Below, one piece after another: positions 1-8,962 of a stretch of 23,038 nt of DNA. The stretch lies in the NCBI GenBank assembly GCA_034440375.1, contig JAWXBZ010000117.1, positions 1 through 23,038 of the forward strand. Direction: 5' to 3'. Position numbers and translations under genes: made by a program. How positions within the stretch are numbered: the first letter of the stretch is position 1; each line of letters begins with the position of its first letter. Under the pieces are notes generated by a model. The model was not told where the DNA came from. It searched no databases and saw only the letters and a list, made by a program, of their open reading frames with translations. The DNA is from Candidatus Eiseniibacteriota bacterium. Its GTDB lineage: Bacteria > Eisenbacteria > RBG-16-71-46 > JABDJR01 > JAWXBZ01.

Positions 1-97
1 CATCGAGGTCCAGGAGCGACTTGGCGGGCTGCTGAACTACTATCATCGGCGGGCGGCGTGATCTCGGGCCGCGTCGTTCGAGTTTTCGGACACTACG
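1..97 (+). mobile_element. Right end of an IS related to the element at 8990-10171
   Basis: GAGTTTTCGGACACTACG (80-97) follows the transposase stop. It shares its first 10 nt with the right IR GAGTTTTCGGGAGGGACA at 10154-10171. Confidence 0.75.
2..61 (+). CDS. 3' end of an integrase-core (rve/DDE) IS transposase, partial at window start
   Basis: Frame from base 2 reads IEVQERLGGLLNYYHRRAA-stop, homologous to the C-terminus of the 9104-10138 transposase (VEIPECGGLHHHYERKAA-stop). Confidence 0.85.
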   Translation: MEVQERLGGLLNYYHRRAA

Positions 98-476
98 GGA
101 TGCGGTGGTTCGCAACGTCCGCGATGAAGACATTCCCATTCGAATCCGCGCAGATCCCGACGGGTGAGCCGAATTGCCCAGCCGTGGCCGGACCGCCGTC
201 GCCGCTGAATCCGGCGGTGCCGTTGCCGGCTATCGTCGTGATGATTCCAGAAGTGGCGTCCACGCGGCGAATGACGAAGTTCTGGTTGTCGGCGATATAC
301 AGGTTTCCGGCGCCGTCCAACGCGATGCCCTGGGGAGCCCTGAGCTGTGCGCTCGTGGCGGGTCCGCCGTCGCCGGAATAGCCGCCGAACGCCGGCGGGG
401 TTCCGACAACGGAAGTGACATCCTGGGCGAAGGATGGCGTGGAAAGAAGGAGCAGTAACGCGGCGGCCAATTTCAT
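93..476 (-). pseudogene. Secreted NHL-repeat (teneurin-like beta-propeller) protein, C-terminally truncated by the IS
   Basis: Signal peptide MKLAAALLLLLSTPSFAQ follows an AGGAG RBS. Repeats GYSGDGGPATSAQLRAPQGIALDGAGNLYIAD and GFSGDGGPATAGQFGSPVGICADSNGNVFIAD are present. The frame breaks at NHRI exactly at the IS end, and the stop lies inside the IR. An alternative ATG at 497 overlaps the kinase stop. Confidence 0.8.
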
Positions 477-493
477 AAAATCTCCTGTCGGTG

Positions 494-3400
494 TCATTGC
501 TTATTGGTTGTTGCGCCATCCGGCGCGTCCCAGACGCGCACGGTGCCGTCATAGCCGGCGGATAACAGGGTGTTGCCATCGGGTGTGAATTCGACGGACG
601 TGACTCGCGCCGTGTGGCCGTGGAGCCGGAAGAGAGGGGCGCGGCGCTTCACGTCGAAAATATAGATCATCGAGTCATGGTTGCCGATCACGACGCGATC
701 GCCGTCCTTGCTGAACGTGATGGAAAGAGCTCCAGCTCCGGCAGGGAAGAGCGTGTCGGGTGCTCCGTCGGACTTGAGATTCCAGAGGTACGCGGCGCCA
801 TTCTCTTTCGTGCACGCCACAAGGTTGCCGTTGGGGTGGAGTGCCAGGCCGGCGACTCCCGAGTCGTCCGGTCTGAAGCTGGCCATCGAATCCCCCGTTG
901 AAGTCCATAGCCTGATGTATCCATCCTGGCCGCCGGTGGCCAGAGTATTGCCGGCGCTGTTGAATTTCACACACGTGATGATTCCTTTGTGTGCATTCCA
1001 CAACGAGATCATCTCGAAGGCTTGAGTGCTCCAGAGCCGGACCATGCCATCCTTGTCGCCAGTGGCGAGAACAGACGTATTTATCTGTGCCGCAACTGAT
1101 GTAATAGAACTCTGCAGGTGTCTCTCGCTGTGCATATGTCCCATATTCAGAATTGGATGTCCCTTAAAGGAAAAAAGACCTCCATTTTCAGAGGCGGCCA
1201 TGAGTGTTGTGGAATCAACAAAGGCAATGGACGACACTGCGCTCGCATAGCTTCGCAGCATTGAGTCTCCATCGATACCGCACCACATCACCTCCCTCCC
1301 AGGCGCCCACCGGGGTGACACGGCCACGGCGATCCGGAGTCCGGCGGGATCGACAACGAGACCACTGAACGGATGGAGGTCGCCCGATGGAGGCAGCTCG
1401 ATTACGCGAATGTCGTCCGTTCCCCATTTCCAGAATCGAATCGTCCCGTCCATTTCTCCCGTGGCAACGATTTCGCCATCCGCCGCAATATCCAGCGCCG
1501 AAACATCCGTCCTGAAACCATGGTATTCCGCGACGCGACCGGCGGTGGCAGCATCCCATGCGATGGCCCGCCCCTCGCTGCCGGCGGAAATAACATTCCT
1601 GTCGTCGGGGTGGAAAGCCAGCGGCCGGGGATTTCCGCGGTGCTCGGAAAAAGTCGATATCGCCTGTCCGGAGTCGAGATTCCACACCGTAACCGTGCGA
1701 TCCCGTGACCCCGACAATAGTCTGTGTCCATCGCGACTCCAGGCCATCGAAAAGACGCGAGCCCGGTGACCGCTGAGAGTGCTGCGCAGGGCGCCGGTTC
1801 CGACATTCCAGATTCGGATGGTGCTGTCGGAACCACCCGTGGCCAGGAGCGTTCCGTCCGGAGAGAACGCGGGAACGGCCAGACGGTAGTGAGCCTTCCA
1901 CCGTCGAATCTCACTACGGGCGGCAACATCGAAAAGTACGATCTCTCCATTTTCAAAACCGCCGGCAACTGTTCGGCCGTCATGAGTCGCGTCGATGATG
2001 GCATACCAGCTTCCGCGCCCCAGCAATTCAGGTTTCGGACTATCGTTGGAAACCGTCATAAGGCGTCCGTCGCCGAGGCCAACGACGACCCGATCCTGGC
2101 CGTCGAGGAAGGCACCGCTTTCAACCTGATAATCGAAGGACCAGGCGGCGAGCATGTCGCGGCTGTCACGGCTCCAGACACGGGCGGTACTATCAAGGGA
2201 CGTCGTGAGAAACCGGCTGCCGTCGCGTGAGAATCTGAGCCGCGTAATGCCGGCATCGTGACCTTTCCAGTTCGCCTCGCTGCGGTCGAGGCGGGCCGAC
2301 AGGTGACGATACTCCCAGCCCTTGAATTCATCGGCTATCGTGCCGAGCAGATCCCGTGCCTCCTCCACGTTGTGGTTCGTGATCGCGGCTTCGGTGGCGG
2401 CCAGGGTGCTGGCGTAGGCATACCATCTTGCGGAACCGGCGCTCTGCTGTGCGTCGTGGTAGAAGGAGTAGGTGACCAGGAGAGAGCCGAGAAGGACCAG
2501 GAAGACCGCGAAAAGTCCGGTTACAAGTCCCCTGTAGCGCCTGGCAAATTGCCCCAGCCGGTAACCGGCGGAATCGCCGCGGGCCAGTACCGGTTCGCCG
2601 TCCAGGTGTCGCTGGATGTCCGCGGCAAAGTCGGCGGCACTCGGATATCGCCGGGCCGGTTCCTTGGCGAGGGCCTTGAGCAGAATCGTGTCGAGATTTC
2701 CGGAGAACCGCCGGGGTTCGGAAATTCCGCGGAGGCGACTCGGGGGAATGGCCGGAGCCAGGCAGATCGCCTGGCTCATCTCCCCCATGGAGTCGCCGCT
2801 GAAGTCGTAGGGGAGACGGCCGGTCAGAAGCTCGTAGAGAACAACCCCAAGGCTATAGATGTCAGTGGCCGTCGTGACGCGCTCTCCCCGGATCTGCTCC
2901 GGACTGGCATAGCGGGGCGTCAAGGCCCAGGCTGTTCCTACAACGGTCTCGGAGCCACCCGCTGATCCCGGCGGCCGAAACACCTTGGCAATGCCGAAGT
3001 CGAGAAGCTTGGGGCGGCCATCGCTCCGCAGAACAATATTGCCGGGCTTCAGATCGCGATGGATGACGAGGTTGGCATGGGCGTACTGCACCGCATCAGC
3101 CACCTCGACGAAGAGCCGGAGCCGGCCCTCAAAGGAAAAGTTGGCATCGCGAGCGGCCTCGCGGAGCGGGATTCCGTCGACGTATTCCATCACGAGGTAG
3201 GGCGCCCCCTCCTCGGTAGCCCCGCCGTCCAGAAGACGCGCGATTCCCGGATGATCGAGATCGGCCAGGACCTGCCGCTCGGTACGGAATTTAGCGAGAA
3301 GGCCGGGATGGTATGAGCCCATGGCGAGGATCTTGATGGCGACGTTCATGCGAAAAGAGTCATCCACCCGTTCGCCGAGATAGACGGCGCCCATCCCCCC

Positions 3401-3682
3401 GGCGGCGATCAATCGGACGATTCGCCAGGGACCGAGAACCCGACCGGCCAGGGAGTCGAAATCCACTACCGAGTCGCCGTCCATCCAGCCCGGGAGCATG
3501 GAGCGGTTCATGATCTGTGGCGCCAGAGCATAGGCCATGAGCAGGGATTGCAACTCCGCCAGAAGTTCGCGATCGCTGCGGCAGGCCTTTTCCAGCCATG
3601 CGGGCTGTTCCGCCTCCGGAATCTCGAGGGCGCCCGCGAACAGATCCTCAATTTCCTGATCCCTGTTCACGTCCAATGGCAT
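494..3682 (-). CDS. Membrane Hanks-type Ser/Thr protein kinase with C-terminal WD40 repeats
   Basis: Kinase motifs AGGMGAVY, VAIK, HRDLKPGN, DFG and TPRYASPE. Hydrophobic TM LVTGLFAVFLVLLGSLLVTYSFY. Many GH...WD/WN repeats follow. The start MPLDVNRDQEIEDLF at 3682 has a GAGGGG RBS; the ORF-track start 3745 overlaps the sigma gene. Confidence 0.93.
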   Translation of the reverse strand: MPLDVNRDQEIEDLFAGALEIPEAEQPAWLEKACRSDRELLAELQSLLMAYALAPQIMNRSMLPGWMDGDSVVDFDSLAGRVLGPWRIVRLIAAGGMGAVYLGERVDDSFRMNVAIKILAMGSYHPGLLAKFRTERQVLADLDHPGIARLLDGGATEEGAPYLVMEYVDGIPLREAARDANFSFEGRLRLFVEVADAVQYAHANLVIHRDLKPGNIVLRSDGRPKLLDFGIAKVFRPPGSAGGSETVVGTAWALTPRYASPEQIRGERVTTATDIYSLGVVLYELLTGRLPYDFSGDSMGEMSQAICLAPAIPPSRLRGISEPRRFSGNLDTILLKALAKEPARRYPSAADFAADIQRHLDGEPVLARGDSAGYRLGQFARRYRGLVTGLFAVFLVLLGSLLVTYSFYHDAQQSAGSARWYAYASTLAATEAAITNHNVEEARDLLGTIADEFKGWEYRHLSARLDRSEANWKGHDAGITRLRFSRDGSRFLTTSLDSTARVWSRDSRDMLAAWSFDYQVESGAFLDGQDRVVVGLGDGRLMTVSNDSPKPELLGRGSWYAIIDATHDGRTVAGGFENGEIVLFDVAARSEIRRWKAHYRLAVPAFSPDGTLLATGGSDSTIRIWNVGTGALRSTLSGHRARVFSMAWSRDGHRLLSGSRDRTVTVWNLDSGQAISTFSEHRGNPRPLAFHPDDRNVISAGSEGRAIAWDAATAGRVAEYHGFRTDVSALDIAADGEIVATGEMDGTIRFWKWGTDDIRVIELPPSGDLHPFSGLVVDPAGLRIAVAVSPRWAPGREVMWCGIDGDSMLRSYASAVSSIAFVDSTTLMAASENGGLFSFKGHPILNMGHMHSERHLQSSITSVAAQINTSVLATGDKDGMVRLWSTQAFEMISLWNAHKGIITCVKFNSAGNTLATGGQDGYIRLWTSTGDSMASFRPDDSGVAGLALHPNGNLVACTKENGAAYLWNLKSDGAPDTLFPAGAGALSITFSKDGDRVVIGNHDSMIYIFDVKRRAPLFRLHGHTARVTSVEFTPDGNTLLSAGYDGTVRVWDAPDGATTNKQ

Positions 3683-3704
3683 GTAGACCCCTCGAACCCG
3701 TGTG

Positions 3705-4268
3705 TCAGTTCTCCGACAGTGCCCGGGCGAGCCACGCCTGGGCAAAAGCCCAGTGGCGGCTCACCGTTCGGAGCGAAATGCCGAGGACCTCCGCGCATTC
3801 CTCGAGCTTGAAGCCCGCGAAGAAATGCATCTCGACAATGCGCGCTTTTTCCGGGTGACGCGCCAAAAGACGTTCGAGGGCCTCATTCAAGGCCATGATC
3901 GTGGTGTCATCGTCTCTCTTCCCGGCCAACCGAAACTCGTCCAGGGGAATGCGCGTCCAGCCGCCCCCCCGCTTGTCGCGGTTTCTTCGGCGGGCATGAT
4001 CGACGAGCACCTGGCGCATGGCGCGGCAGGCCAGTCCCAGGAAGTGCTTCCTGTCCTCGACCCGGCACCGGGTCTGGTCCACCAGGCGAAAAAACACCTC
4101 GTGCACGAGATCGGTAGGCTGGAGCGTGTGTTCAGGCCGCTCCCGGCGTAACTCGCGTTCGGCCATGGCCCTAAGCTCGGTATAGACGAGCTGAAAGAGA
4201 TGTTCGGCGTCGCTTTGCGATCCGTCGGTGGCCCGGATCAGCGTCTCGGTGGGGGATTCGTGGGTCAG
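3705..4268 (-). CDS. ECF RNA polymerase sigma factor, kinase-associated TIGR02999/ECF43-like
   Basis: Motifs LFQLVYTELRAMA, HTLQPTDLVHE, AMRQVLVDHARRR..KRGGG and the sigma4 HTH EECAEVLGISLRTVSRHWAFAQAWL. The frame stays open upstream of the 4166 ATG. The likely start is CTG at 4268, 5 nt after GGAGG. Confidence 0.92.
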   Translation of the reverse strand: MTHESPTETLIRATDGSQSDAEHLFQLVYTELRAMAERELRRERPEHTLQPTDLVHEVFFRLVDQTRCRVEDRKHFLGLACRAMRQVLVDHARRRNRDKRGGGWTRIPLDEFRLAGKRDDDTTIMALNEALERLLARHPEKARIVEMHFFAGFKLEECAEVLGISLRTVSRHWAFAQAWLARALSEN

Positions 4269-4566
4269 CGCGGCCTCCGGTAAACGATTCCTGTGGCGAG
4301 AGCCGGCGTGGAGGCCCGGCGGGATGGGAAATTAATTATCGCTGATTTTCGGCCGGAATGCAATCATTCAAAGGTCGCTATTAACGTGCTGACAAGGGTT
4401 TGCACGTTTTATAAGTAAATCTGACATGTTCGCCGCGGCTTCAGCGCATTGCCTGCTGAGTCAACGGACTCTCGTCGTCAACTGATTTTACCCCGGCCGC
4501 CTACCAACCGCCTCCTCCCAGTGGCAGTCCCGCGGTCTGTGCTTCCAGGACCCGGAGACCCACCAC
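4269..4566. promoter_or_regulatory. Divergent promoter region between the sigma gene and the secreted-protein gene
   Basis: AT-rich intergenic segment (about 4325-4425) between divergent genes. No unambiguous -35/-10 pair could be assigned. Confidence 0.5.
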
Positions 4567-7500
4567 ATGAAACGCGTAACGGGAACCATTGCCGCAAGCC
4601 TGGCCCTTATCACCTTGTTTGCGATATTTCCCGGCGCCGCCCAGGCCGTGACGATCACCTGGGTCGGAAGCGTCGACAACTCGTGGCACACAGCCGGAAA
4701 TTGGGATCTCAACCGCGTTCCGGGAGCCGGTGATGACGTTGTCCTGCCGAACATCGCGGAGACACCTTCCGTGGCGTTCGCTGGGGGAACGACGGTCATC
4801 AACAGCCTGGTAACCAGCGAAGTCCTGAGTTTCAACGGCGGGATTCTGAGCATCGCCGCCACATCCTCATCGAGCAACAGTTTGACTCTGAACGGCGGCA
4901 CGCTGACCGGGGCCGGCACTTTCCTCAACGAGGCCGGGGCTCTTGTTCGCCAGGCCGGTGTCAGTTCGACGATAAGCTGCCCCTTCACGAACAATGGCGC
5001 GGTCCGGGTCGACCCGAACTGTTTTCTGGCTCTCAACAACCTGACAAACCTGAACGCGGGAACCCTGAACGGAGGCACCTATGAGCTCGACGGAGGTCTC
5101 CAGGTTCAGGAGGATGTCATTCAGAATGGCGCTTTCATTTCACTTCGCGGGGTCGCGGCGAACCTCTTGACACCGACCGGTGACGCGCTTCGAAATCTGA
5201 CTCAAATTGGCACAGGCTGCACTCTCGCAATTAGGGTCGGCAAGGTTCAGACGTTCGAATCGCGGCTCACAAACGCTCAGGGCCTGCTGTTCATCGACTC
5301 GAGTGCCGTCGTTAATGTCAATGGCGGATACCTCAATTATGGAGAAACGCGCATCCGCGGTTCGCTGCTGTCATCGCCCACAGGCGTGTTCAATGACGGG
5401 ATTCTGATCGGAACCGGAGACATCGAAGGAAAAGTCACCAACCACGCCTCATTGCTTCTCGGGTATTACGACTTCACCGGCGGACTTCGTATCGATGGAG
5501 ACTATATTCAGAACGAGGATGGAGCACTGTATTTCGACGTTGCCGGAACCACGGCGCTAACTCAGTTCGACCAGATCGAGATCACCGGCACCGCGTCGCT
5601 CGACGGAGGCATCCAGGTAGTGATGGTGGACAATTTCGTTCCTGCCGTGGGATCCGAATTCGCAATCCTCAAGGCGGCTTCCGTAAGCGGCACATTTTCC
5701 TATTATCGCAATCCGGACGTGGAGCCGAACTGTTCGGACCTGTACTATCAGCCGGATGCCGTTAACTTCCGGGTGAGTCGTAGCGTGACCATCGCCACGC
5801 AGCCTCAGCCCCAAGCCGTCTGTGGGAACGCTCCTGTCACACTCTCGGTGACGGCTACGGGCGACAGCCTGACGTACCAGTGGCGCCGGAACTCCACGTC
5901 CATCCCGGGGGCCACGTCCAGCAGCTACGCCATCGCTGGAATGACACCAGCAGATGCCGCTTCCTACGACGTCATTGTAACCGGAGTCTGCAACAGCATT
6001 ACCAGCGCCGCAACCGTTCTTTCCTATCTGAATTGTACCGAGATGGAATGGACATCTGTCTGGAACGCCAGCACGAACGAGTTCCCAAATCAAAACTGTC
6101 CGTGGAGCCTGGGCGACACGGCTACTCCGGAACAGCCGGTGCTCTCCGGAGGGGTCCTCACGATCGCGACCTCCGATAATGCGGAGCAGCTCTACTACGA
6201 GCAGACAGGCTTTCTCGACATTCCCGATACTCTGAAAGTTCTAGCCCGGCTCAAGGTCGTCAGTGAGTCGCACCAGGCCGGCAATACACGGCGCGGCGTC
6301 ACGGTGGCTTTCACGGTCGCTCCGGATAAGGCCAATTTTCTGGCTTTCGGCCGCGATGAGATCTCTCTGTTGAGCGGTTTCAGCCTTCAGGGTCCCACGG
6401 CGTCTGTGGATACGGACGACCAATTCCATGACTACCTGATCGAAGTTCAGAACGAGACGACCGTTCTCGTCTACCAGGACGACATCCTGGTTTTGACCGG
6501 CGCGATTATCTCATCTCCCAACTTTGACAACGTCCCTGGATTCTACTGGGGAGATGGCACGGGTAACGCCCGCGGTGTTTCCGAATGGCAAACCTTCCGG
6601 CACAACGCCAATACGCTGAGGTGCGGTCAGGACATCGAGATCGTGACTCAGCCCGAGAGCCAGGAGATCTGCGGGGGCCAGGCTGCCTCGTTGACGGTGA
6701 CGGCCACTGGCGAAGGCCTGTTTTACCAGTGGCGAAAGGATGGAGCCCCGGTCGGAGGGGCCACATCCAGCATCTTGACGATTGCGGCCCTGGCACCCTC
6801 GGATCGCGGAAACTACGACGTCATCGTGTCCAGCGGATTCGATTCGATCACCAGCGCCGTGGCCGTTCTCTCGTACATGAACTGCATCGCGCCGATCTTC
6901 AATTACACCTGGGACGCCGGCACGCTCCAGTTTCCGGACAAGGAATGTCAGTTCTACCTGGGAGATACGGCCACTCCGGAAAATCCGGTTCTGTCGGGAG
7001 GAGTCCTGACATTGGCAACTTCCGAGAATGCCGAGGACCTCTTCTACGAACAGGTCGACTCTCTCGCCATTCCGGACACTCTAAGAATATTGGCTCGCCT
7101 CAAGGTTGTGAGCGAGTCGCACACGGCCGGCAATTCGCGCCACGGAGTCACGGTGGCCTTCACCGTGGCTCCGGACAAGGCCAATTACCTCGCGTTTGGG
7201 GTCGACTCCCTCAGCCTCCTCAGTGGCTTTTCGGTGCAGGGTCCAACGGCATACGTGGACACCGACAGCCAATTTCATGATTACCTGATCGAGGTCCAGC
7301 ACCAGTCAACCGTACTGGTCTACCAGGACAACATCCTGGTTCTCGTGGGCTCCATTCTACAGTCACCCAATTTTGCCAATGTCCCCGAGTTCTACTGGGG
7401 AGATGGCACGGGAAACGCACACGGTATCTCCCAGTGGATGACCTACCGCCACAATGCCAACGTGACTCCGTGCTCAATTCGCACCAGCGCGGTGGAGCCC

Positions 7501-7803
7501 GGGCCGGCGGGGTTAAAACCCGGAATCGCCTTGCTGACATCCCCCAATCCATCCCGTGGTCCGCTGACTCTGACTGTCCAGTCCGACCGCGACCTCAATG
7601 AAACCACCTCGGTCGCGATCTACGACGTGGCGGGACGCATCGTCACCCAGATAGACACTGGCTCGATTCCGAGAGGCGAGTTCCGAATTCCCTGGGATGG
7701 CCAGGACTCGCAAGGCCTTGCGGTGTCGAACGGAGTGTATTTTCTGCGACTCCAGTCGGAAGGGAAATCGATTGCCTCAGGCCGAGTGATGATCCTGAGG
7801 TAA
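4567..7803 (+). CDS. Large secreted protein: beta-solenoid/autotransporter-passenger-like N-terminus, 2x(Ig + beta-sandwich) modules, C-terminal FlgD-Ig/T9SS-like sorting domain
   Basis: Signal peptide ending AAQA. W..AGNW....VPG..DDV start motif. Ig motifs TQP...TLSVTATG..LTYQWR..G.Y.V.V. C-terminus SPNP...IYDVAGRIV...WDGQDSQG..VSNGVYFLRL. Confidence 0.9.
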   Translation: MKRVTGTIAASLALITLFAIFPGAAQAVTITWVGSVDNSWHTAGNWDLNRVPGAGDDVVLPNIAETPSVAFAGGTTVINSLVTSEVLSFNGGILSIAATSSSSNSLTLNGGTLTGAGTFLNEAGALVRQAGVSSTISCPFTNNGAVRVDPNCFLALNNLTNLNAGTLNGGTYELDGGLQVQEDVIQNGAFISLRGVAANLLTPTGDALRNLTQIGTGCTLAIRVGKVQTFESRLTNAQGLLFIDSSAVVNVNGGYLNYGETRIRGSLLSSPTGVFNDGILIGTGDIEGKVTNHASLLLGYYDFTGGLRIDGDYIQNEDGALYFDVAGTTALTQFDQIEITGTASLDGGIQVVMVDNFVPAVGSEFAILKAASVSGTFSYYRNPDVEPNCSDLYYQPDAVNFRVSRSVTIATQPQPQAVCGNAPVTLSVTATGDSLTYQWRRNSTSIPGATSSSYAIAGMTPADAASYDVIVTGVCNSITSAATVLSYLNCTEMEWTSVWNASTNEFPNQNCPWSLGDTATPEQPVLSGGVLTIATSDNAEQLYYEQTGFLDIPDTLKVLARLKVVSESHQAGNTRRGVTVAFTVAPDKANFLAFGRDEISLLSGFSLQGPTASVDTDDQFHDYLIEVQNETTVLVYQDDILVLTGAIISSPNFDNVPGFYWGDGTGNARGVSEWQTFRHNANTLRCGQDIEIVTQPESQEICGGQAASLTVTATGEGLFYQWRKDGAPVGGATSSILTIAALAPSDRGNYDVIVSSGFDSITSAVAVLSYMNCIAPIFNYTWDAGTLQFPDKECQFYLGDTATPENPVLSGGVLTLATSENAEDLFYEQVDSLAIPDTLRILARLKVVSESHTAGNSRHGVTVAFTVAPDKANYLAFGVDSLSLLSGFSVQGPTAYVDTDSQFHDYLIEVQHQSTVLVYQDNILVLVGSILQSPNFANVPEFYWGDGTGNAHGISQWMTYRHNANVTPCSIRTSAVEPGPAGLKPGIALLTSPNPSRGPLTLTVQSDRDLNETTSVAIYDVAGRIVTQIDTGSIPRGEFRIPWDGQDSQGLAVSNGVYFLRLQSEGKSIASGRVMILR
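5785..7473 (+). repeat. Intragenic tandem duplication, period 849 bp (283 aa)
   Basis: GDTATPEQPVLSGGVLT at about 6112 recurs as GDTATPENPVLSGGVLT at about 6961. ARLKVVSESH, GVTVAFTVAPDKAN, QFHDYLIEVQ and FYWGDGTGNA each occur twice with the same offset. Confidence 0.92.
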
Positions 7804-7858
7804 CAGGCAACACTCCATAATTCTGCTTCGCGGCCAATTACTCGAGGAGAAACCGATC

Positions 7859-8962
7859 ATGTCATATCGTTACAATGGCACCGCGATTGCCGCTCTCCTG
7901 TGCGGCATGCTTGCCTTCCTTTCGTTCGATGTGTCCGCCGGCGAAATCAGGGGAATTCTGCGAGATCACGGGGGAGCGGCTATGCCCTCGGGATGGCGGG
8001 TGATGGCTCATGGTGTCGACCATGGCGGGGGAGCTATGGCCCTCACGGACGACTCCGGGTCGTTTTCACTGATCGGCCTCCCGGAGGGACGAACCGCCGT
8101 GCTGTTCTATCCGCCGTATGCCGGCGAAGCCGTCCTCGACCCGAAGGCAGGACGGATGATCCGAGTTTCGGCGGCCGGCGTCGCCGAGATGGAACTCTGG
8201 CTCGATCCGCGGGAGACAGCAGTATCGACTTTTGACTTCACCTACTACCACGGAGAGTTCTACGACAACAAGGCAACGGCCGAGACGGCCACTCCCGTGC
8301 TGTTGCCCGACCACGGATCGGTCACCGTCGATATGGAACTGTCCCCCGGCGGTGGATCGATTTCCGGGCGCGTGACACGCGAGGTCGACGGGTCCAGCGT
8401 CGCCGGGATTATCGTCTGGGCAGGAAGTGACTCAGCCTTCTCGTTCGACCGAACGGACGAGGATGGTTCGTACCGGATCACTGGTTTGGCCGCTGGAAGC
8501 AACATCGTGGTTGCGGGCGTTTTGTTTGGTCCCACTCAAAGTGATGTGGTCGGCGAACATTACTTGAACAACTCGGAGTGGATGCCCACGCCTGTAGAAG
8601 TCAGCCAGGGCGCCGACACGCACATCGACTTCGAACTGGCCCAAGCGGGCTCTATTTCCGGACGTGTCACGTCCGAGGTGGATGGCCTGGGAGTGCCAGA
8701 TATGTTGATTGAACTTCAACATAACACCCTTAATAACAATGCCATTCTTGTCTTCGGGAGGACCGATGCCTCGGGCTTTTATCAGGTGGGCGGTCTGATA
8801 CCAGGATCGTGGTGGGTCGGCGCACGGGGCGGCAACTGGCTGCCGGAAAACTGGAACAATCATCCCCATGATGGTCGGGATCCCGATTTCGTTTTGGTAA
8901 CAGCGGGAGAGAACACGTCTAACCCTAGAACTAGCGCGATACAAATAGGTGTCGGTATTTAA
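7859..8962 (+). CDS. Secreted protein with repeated carboxypeptidase-regulatory-like (prealbumin-like) domains, probably C-terminally truncated
   Basis: GAGGAG RBS and signal peptide. Repeats GSISGRVT.EVDG..V...RTD..G.Y...GL..G. The last repeat stops at VTAGENTSN, before the expected IDFEL-like strand. Confidence 0.8.
   Translation: MSYRYNGTAIAALLCGMLAFLSFDVSAGEIRGILRDHGGAAMPSGWRVMAHGVDHGGGAMALTDDSGSFSLIGLPEGRTAVLFYPPYAGEAVLDPKAGRMIRVSAAGVAEMELWLDPRETAVSTFDFTYYHGEFYDNKATAETATPVLLPDHGSVTVDMELSPGGGSISGRVTREVDGSSVAGIIVWAGSDSAFSFDRTDEDGSYRITGLAAGSNIVVAGVLFGPTQSDVVGEHYLNNSEWMPTPVEVSQGADTHIDFELAQAGSISGRVTSEVDGLGVPDMLIELQHNTLNNNAILVFGRTDASGFYQVGGLIPGSWWVGARGGNWLPENWNNHPHDGRDPDFVLVTAGENTSNPRTSAIQIGVGI

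Noticed and set aside
4421..4452. Possible shared ECF promoter TGA...GCGC upstream of 4567 and of 18399 (about 18296-18328)
   Set aside because: The spacing differs between the two sites and the match is too short to support from two examples.
5785..7473. Duplicated segments as a diversity-generating retroelement TR/VR pair
   Set aside because: Both copies are coding and in frame, the differences are not adenine-specific, and no reverse transcriptase is present.
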